Shown piece by piece: positions 55,323 through 64,000 of a DNA stretch of 64,000 nucleotides (its first letter is position 1; each line of letters starts with the position of its first letter). This stretch comes from Macrostomum lignano (lineage: Eukaryota). The position numbers and the translations under genes are program-made. The notes beneath the pieces were generated by a model. That model ran no database searches and had not been told where the DNA came from. It worked only from the letters and a program-made list of their open reading frames with translations. The stretch covers positions 1 to 64,000 of the forward strand of contig NIVC01002618.1 of NCBI GenBank assembly GCA_002269645.1. The letters run 5' to 3'.

Positions 55323-57307
55323 AAATACAACTTCCACCTTGACAACTCTAAGCTCCTCAACCTTGATGACTTCAACTCTCCCTTCACACCTGATGAAATT
55401 AGGAAACACATCAAAAAACTTAAAGCAAACAAAGCATCTGGCAAAGACAAATTATACGCTGAAACATTGTTACATTTCGGAGTAGACTTATCAGAAGCTC
55501 TATGCCAGCTATTTAACAAGATCCTAGATAGAGGAACCTTCCCCTCCGACTGGATCACTAACATCCTGCACCCCATTTACAAAAACAAAGGTTGTCCCTC
55601 TGACCCAAACAACTACAGAGGCATCTGCGTTCAACCCATTCTAGGTAAGCTTCTCTGCTCGCTCATCAAAACGCGCCTTGAAAACCTCGCCCATTCGAAC
55701 AACCTCATTTCTAAATACCAGTATGGCTTCAAACAGAATCATAGCACAATTGACCAGTGCTTTAATCTATACAACATTATTAATAAAACCTGCGGTGAAA
55801 AGGAGACCCTTTTTATCGGCTTCATTGACTATGAAAAAGCATTTGATAGTATTAACCAACCAACACTCTGGTACAAAACAGCCAACCAAGGTATCAAAGG
55901 AAAGATGATGAACCTAATCGAGAACATGCATGAAAATGCATGCTTCCTCCTGCAAAAAAACGGCGACTTATCTGAGCCCATCCCAATCAACAAAGGTGTA
56001 CTTCAAGGTAACCCACTATCTACCGTTCTCTTTGAGATCTATATCAATGACTTAGTTGAATACCTTGAAACCTCTACTTATCGAAATTTTTTCGTCGCAC
56101 CCCCTTATCCACATATACTACTCTTCGCAGATGATCAAGCCATACTAAGCAAAAACAAAACTGACCTCCAACACATGTTCCGCACAATGGAAACCTACTG
56201 TAGACAGAACTACCTCAAAATAAATGCCAGCAAAACAAAATACATGCAAGCCTGCAAGGGTAAAAACAAGCAAATGCAAAACGACACCGAAATTCTTTAC
56301 GAAATGCAACAGATAGAAGAAGTAAATGAATTTAAATACCTGGGAATCATCTTTGAACCCAATAATAGTTTTAAAAAATGCATTGCTTATCAGATGAAAC
56401 AAGGTAACTCCGCCATGTTTTCACTGCTACACAAAGTAAAAGACACCACGCCGGATATTATACTTATCAGTAGACTATTTAATTCTTTGGTCACACCAGT
56501 TATAACGTATGGTTGTGAAATCTGGGGACCTCAGCAACCTGTACTGAACTCAAGAACATCGACAAAATCCAAACAAATTTCTACAAATACCTCCTTAACC
56601 TACCTAAAAGTACCTGCAACTCTGTTTTATACGCAGAACTTAATTTAACACCTATCTCACTTACCATCTCGAACTTTTTTCTTACATACTGGCTCAAAAT
56701 CAAACATAAAAAACTGAATAGTACCACTATAGGCATCTTCGAATCAAACAACTGCCCAAACAACCCATGGAAAACCAACATCACTAAAAAACTACAAAAC
56801 CTTGGTTTATCTCACCTGCTTAATTTACAAACATCGGACCCTGGTGACAGCTACAACAAAGATAAAACAACAATGACCACACAACTACTCATCTCCTGGG
56901 AGCGTGAACTCTTCAAAAAAATAGAAAACCACGCGAAAGTCATGCATTACAAAAATTGCTTCATCTATAAGAATATTTTCAAGCCTAACTTAAAAAACTA
57001 CTTTCCCAGTATTTTTAGAAATAAAAAACTCCTAGAAATTCTGCTTAAGCTTAAAACTGAGTTCTTACCAAGCAAATACACCCAAGAAAAATGCAAACTT
57101 TGTGGCAGAGATTCAGGCAATAATATCTTACACTATACAACTGAATGTGTCGGTATACTAGATGTCAGGAAAAAATACTTTAACCAAAGCCACCTGAGCA
57201 CAAGACACTTTTACAGTTTAGGCTATGCTACAAACGAAAACAAAAATAAAAAAGATTTGCTAGCTATTGAGAAGATCTATAAACTCATAGCAAATCTCCC
57301 TCCTTAA
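55323..57307 (+). mobile_element. 5'-truncated non-LTR retrotransposon ORF2 (RT and C-terminus; CR1/L2/RTE-X group), one frameshift
   Basis: KLKANKASGKD, NNYRGICVQP, QYGFKQNHST, FIDYEKAFDSI, GVLQGNPLS, LLFADD, FKYLG, PVITYGCEIWG. A frameshift near 56535 continues open (ELKNIDKIQTNFYKYLL...) into ORF 56873-57307, which has the Cys/His motif CKLC...HYTTEC. Confidence 0.93.
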
Positions 57308-58354
57308 CCGACATGAAAATTATAGAGAACACCATGTGTACCACGCTGTTGCTGACCGTCTTACACCAATTGAATCCCTGGTTACCTTGATACTTTACTT
57401 GCTACTATTCCCTCTTGCTACTATGCATCTCTTGCTATTAAGTCCCTACCCCTCTTCGAGTAAACAATACCGGTGCAATCTATCCCGTATTACGCGTTTA
57501 TTTATGTAAAAATTTTCTTTTTCTAATCGCGCCTTATTTTTATTTAAGCACTCTATTTTTGGTTATTTCTTTCTTACATATTTGCTTCAAAAATACCCTT
57601 CATATTTAATGCCTAATAATTGCCAGCAATCCTTTCATCTGATTTTTTTGTCTGATTAATACATATAAACTTATTTTTATCACCTACGAATTCAAGTGAC
57701 ACCATACTTGTCTTTTAATTCCTTACTTAAATACTTTTTGCTTTGTTTGCCGTTAAAGATTTTTGAAGTTTCGTAGAAAAAAAAATTGGCGCCCTTTCAA
57801 ATACTATATTATTGTAAAACTCGCCGCACAGATCCCATTCTATCGAAAAAATATTAATATTAAATACACTGACATATACTGGCCAAACAGGCTTCTTGCC
57901 TGAGCCAAACTTACTACTATCTAAGGCAAAGTTGTGTACACGTTCGGCCTAATCTTGATTCTTGAACACGGGAGATGTCCAGTCAGCCATTCACAAACGT
58001 AACAGTACAGTACATGTGCAAAAAATAATGTACAGTCCTTTATTAAAAAAGTAAATTTTAACTCCGTATTTGTCCGAAACAGAAAGAAAAAATAATCTTA
58101 ATCTATGACTTAATTACTAAGTCAAGTCTGTCTGACACTCTGACTGACTAGGCCTATATATGAGTATGACTTATGACTATAGATAGTTAGTATTATTAAT
58201 CTATAAAATAAAACATTTTCCTAAACATCTAAAGCCTAGTTAGTATTAGGCCTAGGCCTACTACACTACAGTGCTATTGCCAGAAGCTTGGAGAGCTCAA
58301 TGTGCCTAAATAATATTTTTTTTATATTTATAGGCCTAATACTAGGCCTAATAA

Positions 58355-58442
58355 TTTGGTTGAGCGGTTTGGGAGTCCATAGTGATCAAAATTGTCCACA
58401 GACAGACACACAGACAGAGTTTTGATTTTTATATGTAGAGAT
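58355..58442 (+). mobile_element. Possible Helitron/HINE-like non-autonomous element end
   Basis: GCGGTTTGGGAGTCC...ACAGACAGACACACAGACAG...TTTTATATGTAGAGAT resembles the ends of invertebrate rolling-circle non-autonomous elements; short and degenerate. Confidence 0.3.
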
Positions 58443-58499
58443 AACAACAAAATATACAACCCCGCATGTAGTCACAGTTAGAGCAGGGTATGTCAGATC

Positions 58500-59262
58500 T
58501 CAGATGGTGTGCCATAGAGCCTGGGAGTGAACAAAGTCCACTCGCTCTGTTGGCAGTGTTGGGCGCCCTAGTGTTGCATAGCAGGCAGTCCATGTATCAA
58601 TGGGTTTGGGCCTGACCCTGCCTGAATGGACCCTACAAGGTGAGCAGCGGCAATGGCTAAAGTTCTATTTTCTAATTCTAATGGCTAGGGCCTACTGATC
58701 TGGCAGTGCCATTATAATATAGATGGAACAATATAGATTGATATAGATGATATATGATATTGAGATTTTGTTCTAGATTAAAATTTAAGATGATATGATA
58801 AGATTCGGGGCGAGATGCTTTTAATATTCAGACTTCTTAAGATATGTTCTTAGCAGTCTTTATCTGCTTCTATACAGCACTGCCAGATCCCTAGTTGTTA
58901 TAAAGCGGGTTCCGGTGCTGGAACTCTAGCCATTACCATGAGCAGCAAGACATCCTGAACAGGTTGGAGGTAATAGCCCTTAGCTTAGATCACGTGACTT
59001 GCAAGTTGAGGTTGCCATTGGTGCAGAAGGATGGATGGGTGCTGCAGCTTGGCCCAATCATATAGGGCCTCAGTCCCAATGCTCTTGTTAGCTTGAAAGG
59101 CCACTTGGAGCAGCCCTGAGTATGCCAAGCCTAGCTGCCGCTCTAGTGTAACTATCAGTGTCGATGTCTTGGCATTGTATATCAGGATGGTTTTGACTAC
59201 CGCCTGACATAGCCGAGCCCTGAGCCTTCTAGCGGTCAGGCAGCACTTCAGATTAGAGGATG
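58500..59262 (-). mobile_element. Decayed RTE-type LINE 3' fragment, interrupted by a MITE
   Basis: Minus-strand translation LRARLCQAVVKTILIYNAKTSTLIVTLERQL...ALYDWAKLQHPSILL...LASHVI*AKGYY...DVLLL, resuming after the MITE as LLTL*GPFRQGQ. This is typical of an RTE ORF2 C-terminus; many substitutions fit CpG decay. Confidence 0.75.
58649..58937. mobile_element. 289-bp MULE-like MITE
   Basis: TIR GGCAATGGCTAAAGTTC vs right reverse complement GGTAATGGCTAGAGTTC; inner inverted GATCTGGCAGTGC / GCACTGCCAGATC; 9-bp TSD GTGAGCAGC (58640-58648) / ATGAGCAGC (58938-58946). Confidence 0.85.
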
Positions 59263-59862
59263 GTTTAGATTGAATGATTGATCAATTAATTGATTGATAG
59301 AATAATACTAAGCCCTAATAGTAATACTAATAGGCCTAATTTTTTCTATAGATTATAGACTTGTCTTTTGCCTTTAAGCCCTATACTAGGCCTAGGTTAT
59401 ACTACTATAGGCCTACCTTGGACTTGATTGAGCCCTATATACTATATAGTAGGCCTATATTGATGTTTAAAGCTTTGACAATAAAAAATTGTATTAGGCT
59501 TAAGTAGGGCCTAGGCCTATGCCAATAATATTGTATTTTTAATTAAAAACAAAAAATTATTATATTGAGCTGAATATTTAGACCCAAAACACTTTAGTTT
59601 AAGGGAGTTTATTATATAGTCCTTATGTTTTTTTAACATTCAAAATAAAACTGCCTTGGCCTAAGTTGTCAAGTATTATATTAAAACTATATTTATATAT
59701 TTATTTATATATTTATATTAAAGTTTGAACAAGTATAATAAAGTATTGTAAACTAATGATTGTGCTAAAAATTTGTATTTCCTCCTTCCAGATATCCATT
59801 AGCTAAATGTATTATACAGTAGAATTTTCTGGCATCTACTATACCTTTCACAACATACATGC

Positions 59863-60125
59863 CCAACAGTCAGCCGAGTCGGCCAAACCAGCCAACCGAT
59901 TTGGTGGCCAACCAATGTAAGTTGCAAAAATGCCTACTTTAAGTCGAATTAATATTAAAGTAGTACTAAGTAGATGACGAGGCATTTTGCCTCAATAAGA
60001 CAGTCATAGTTACTCCTGCCGTTTACCCAAAGTCTCGTTAATTTTGCTTTAGGTTTCTTTTACATGTAAGTCACATTTTTCACCAAAAACTATGTTGCAT
60101 TTTTGATAAAACTAAGTCGCATGGC
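59863..60125. repeat. Dispersed ~250-bp repeat, copy 2
   Basis: Collinear similarity to 21922-22170. Confidence 0.8.
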
Positions 60126-61914
60126 CGACCAAATTTTGGAGGTTGCACATGCATGTTTCACAATATAATATGCATATTGGCTCAAACAAACAAGCTCCAA
60201 GCAAAAATGGCCAAAAAGGTTAGAAAAAATAGTTTCCTGCTTTTTAATGATCGTAATATATATATATGAAAATATAAGATTAAAATAGCCTACAGCCTAA
60301 CCTAGATTTAGAAAATTTATAGCTTTTCCAAATAAGTTTCAATGCTGAGTTCAAAGTAGTCTAGGTGGAGTGATTTAAAACATGTATATATTTTCTATTT
60401 CTAAAGCTAAATTTTCTAAATATTTATTTATAAAAAAATGTCACTTTTAGTATGTATAAATAGTTTATATAATTATTTTTTGTCATTTTGATTTTATGTT
60501 ATTATGATACCTATGATAATTTTGCAAGTTAAAGACTAGTGCTAATATATTAGCTCTAGGCCTTATTCTTAGTATATTTTTACTTTAGATTTACCATTAT
60601 TTCAATTTGTTAGCATATACAACTAGAAGTTAACTAAGTCAAGAATAATGATTTATTATACTCAAATTCAAACAATGACAATGACTTGGCTAGAAATAAA
60701 ACAATGGCTTATATTTGCAATGAAGCTATATTGAAATATGGCTAAGCTGACTAATATGCATATATGCCTATATAGGGTTTTCTTTTTTACCAGAGACAAG
60801 GTGCAAAATTGCACCTTATGCTCTCTTTTCATGATGTAATTTTAAGGCTCAAGGTGCAGTTTCTCTTCTTATTTTAAGGCAGTGTGAATGTGGCTTCAAT
60901 GGAAAAATAGGTTATAAGACTGCATATAAACTGCACCCACTTTTCAATTTCAGAGTGTGATTTTAAAATTTAGGGTGCATATACACACTCTGTGCACAAA
61001 AAATAAACCCAGTGCCTATAAAAGTGTTACAAAAAGTATTGATTTAAAGTTAAAGTTATCTACCAGAGGTTAGATAAATTTCCTTTTTAAGATTGATGAT
61101 TTAAAGCTAGCCTTTTTTATTGTAATAAATTTTCAAAATGCACAGATGTACATCAAAGGTCTAGCAACAATGTACCAAGGGATCATTCTGCAAAGTACAT
61201 GGGCTGCATCAAGGGGTCACTTAAAGTTGCTCATAATGAGTCTTAAATATTTACATTAAACTTATTCAAAAATAGTTTGTACAGTCATGCTTAAATTGCA
61301 CTGAAAAACTTTCTTTTATACTTTGGCAGCAATACTTTGCTTTTAGTTATTGTTCCTATGATTTATTGGAATGAATTCTATGGTGTGTCTTTTTTATGGC
61401 CACAATGGCCATACCATATTTTATGGTGTGGCTATTTTGTTTGGCCATTTTGATGTGTGGCCATTCTGTGCATGGTTGTTTTGACATGGATTCTATTCCA
61501 AGCACTGCACCAAGTGTTGCACTGCACCACCCTGTGCCACACTGCGTTGCACTGCAAGGTCATTTTGAAAATGTGCTGGATGGCTATCTTGCCATTTAGC
61601 AACTTTTTCCAATAGGGTGAGGTTAGAATCCCTACCTAATGTTTGCATGTATATGGAAGCTAGGTAAATTATTAATTTTCAAGATTGGGAAGCATAAGAT
61701 CTTGTCATATCTATATTATTTTTGTATTTATAAAACTTTGATGCATTGTTGGCTTTATAGTCTAGAAAGTACATGTCATAATCAAATTTTCTAGACAGCA
61801 GATCTGAAGGAGATGATCTAGGTAGGAAAATAAATCTAAAAATGATTCACATAAGAAAATAGATCTAGAGAAGAAGAGGATCATGAGATTATTTAGGCAG
61901 GAGTCTGTCTAGAA

Positions 61915-62757
61915 ATGATCTAGGTAAGAGAGTAGATCAGCAGATGATTTAGGTAAGAGAGTAGATCTAGAGATGATGTAGGTAAGAGAGTAGATCAAGA
62001 GATTATGTACTCGTAGGTAAGAGAGTAGATCTAGAGATGATGTAGGTAAGAGAGTAGATCTAGAGATGATGTACTCGTAGGTAAGAGAGTAGATCTAGAG
62101 ATGATGTAGGTAAGAGAGTAGATCTAGAGATGATGTAGGTAAGAGAGTAGATCTAGAGATGATGTAGGTAAGAGAGTAGATCTAGAGATGATGTAGGTAA
62201 GAGAGTAGATCAAGAAATGATGTAGGTAAGAGAGTAGATCTAGAGATGATGTAGGTAAGAGAGTAGATCAAGAGATGATGTAGGTAAGAGAGTAGATCAA
62301 GAAATGATGTAGGTAAGAGAGTAGATCTATAGATGATGTAGGTAAGAGAGTAGATCAAGAAATGATGTAGGTAAGAGAGTAGATCAAGAGATGATGTAGG
62401 TAAGAGAGTAGATCTAGAGATGATGTAGGTAAGAGAGTAGATCAAGAAATGATGTAGGTAAGAGAGTAGATCTAGAGATGATGTAGGTAAGAGAGTAGAT
62501 CTAGAGATGATGTAGGTAAGAGAGTAGATCTTGAGATAATGTAGGTAAGAGAGTAGATCTAGAGATGATGTAGGTAAGAGAGTAGATCTAGAAGATGATG
62601 TAGGTAAGATAGTAGATCTAGAGATGATGTAGGTAAGAGAGTAGATCTAGAGATGATGTAGGTAAGAGAGTAGATCTAGAGATGATGTAGGTAAGAGAGT
62701 AGATCAAGAGATGATGTAGGTAAGAGAGTAGATCTAGAGATGATGTAGGTAAGAGAG
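61915..62757. repeat. 29-bp minisatellite AGATGATGTAGGTAAGAGAGTAGATCTAG
   Basis: ATGATGTAGG at 62101 and 62130; direct periodicity. Confidence 0.96.
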
Positions 62758-62973
62758 TTTTAGGTGGTGAAAAGGTGAAGTAGATACAAAAGCATTTTAG
62801 GGTTCAGTTCAGTGATGACTAAACTAGTAAAGGCTAAATTTGTTGCAATTATGGATCGAATATTTATTAATTCGAAATTTCAGGCGTGCAGCTCAGCATA
62901 ATCTAATTAATAATCAAAGCCGAAGCTGGCGGTTATTATTGCCGTAATATAAATAACCAAGTCTGGCTCACAG

Positions 62974-63358
62974 TAAAGGAACCCGAGGCAGCGGAGGCGG
63001 CGGCAGCAGCAGCGGGGGAGGCGGCAGCTGGGAGCACGATTTCGCTTACTGCGGCGTTGACCGAGATGTGGCCGAATACTACAGACCGTCTGCGCACCCG
63101 TCCACTCTGCAGGCCGCCGATCTGCGGCTGCACCTGGAGCACCGGGTTGCCATGCTGCCCGGCGGCCGGGACAGGCGAGGCGGGCCCATCATGTGCTTCC
63201 CCGGCCGTGCGGACACGGAGAAAATCCCTGTTGACGAACTCATGCGGCTTGTGAAGTACCTGAGCTATGTGCCAGATGCCAGAGTTCGATCCCTGCGGTT
63301 CACCGTGGTTATTGATATGCGGCATGCGGCTTGGAGCTCCATTAAGCCTATTTTGAAG
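62974..63358 (+). CDS. Exon encoding the N-terminal SEC14/CRAL-TRIO domain of a Trio/Kalirin (UNC-73)-like RhoGEF; gene continues beyond the window
   Basis: LEHRVAMLPGGRDRRGGPIMCFPGRADTEKIPVDELMRLVKYLSYVP...FTVVIDMRHAAWSSIKPILK parallels Trio KEKVAYLSGGRDKRGGPILTFP...FTVIVDMRGSKWDSIKPLLK. Acceptor CACAG at 62969-62973; donor GTGCGA at 63359. Confidence 0.85.
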
Positions 63359-63389
63359 GTGCGATTTCTATTGTTGAAATGGCCGGACC

Positions 63390-64000
63390 CTGCGGGGGAT
63401 GCGTTTTTTAGGGGGCGGATCCTGCGGGGGATGGGTTTTTTAGGGGGGCGGATCCTGCGGGGGATGCGTTTTTTAGGGGGGCGGATCCTGCGGGGGTTGG
63501 ATTTTTTAGGGGGCGGATCCTGCGGGGGTTGGATTTTTTAGGGGGCGGATCCTGCGGGGGTTGGATTTTTAGGGGGGCGGATCCTGCGGGGGGTTGGATT
63601 TTTTAGGGGGCGGATCCTGCGGGGGTTGGATTTTTTAGGGGGGCGGATCCTGCGGGGGTTGGATTTTTAGGGGGGGCGGATCCTGCGGGGGTTGGATTTT
63701 TAGGGGGGCGGATCCTGCGGGGGTTGGATTTTTAGGGGGGGCGGATCCTGCGGGGGTTGGATTTTTAGGGGGGCGGATCCTGAGGGGGTTGGATTTTTAG
63801 GGGGCGGATCCTGCGGGAATTGGATTTTTTAGGGGGGCGGATCCTGCGGGGGTTGGATTTTTAGGGGGGGGGGGCGGATCCTGCGGGGGTTGGATTTTTA
63901 GGGGGGCGGATCCTGAGGGGGTTGGATTTTTTAGGGGGGCGGATCCTGCGGGGGTTAGATTTTTAGGGGGGGGATCCTGCGGGGGTTGGATTTTTAGGGG
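63390..64000. repeat. ~31-bp G-rich minisatellite, intronic
   Basis: GGGGGGCGGATCCTGCGGGGGTTGGATTTTTA repeated to the window end. Confidence 0.96.

Overview
This is animal genomic DNA, not prokaryotic. The GC-rich exons, the minisatellite-filled GT-AG introns and the unpaired acceptors at gene starts resemble the flatworm Macrostomum lignano (inference only). Genes: a multi-exon Cad87A/CDH23-like cadherin (- strand, ATG 13619 to below 2483), ITFG1/LINKIN (+, 22702-42698), intronless SART1 (+, 43882-46308), FGGY carbohydrate kinase (+, 48902-53972) and one SEC14-domain exon of a Trio/Kalirin-like gene (+, 62974-63358). Mobile DNA: three LINE pieces, three tRNA-derived SINEs (one with a CORE domain) and several MITEs. 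The most unusual structure is in the 15.2-kb last intron of ITFG1. It is a ~13.7-kb element bounded by inverted repeats, inserted into a minisatellite, with oriented subterminal GGTCCAC(C/G)TAA motifs, possible decayed ORFs and a ~10.9-kb tandem array of a 238-bp monomer that carries the same motif. Other points: FGGY has no genomic ATG and may take its start codon from a flatworm spliced leader; there are two CpG-depleted domains rich in TAGGCCTA; and several 1-bp frameshifts look like assembly errors. Most long ORFs in the supplied track are read-throughs of tandem repeats.
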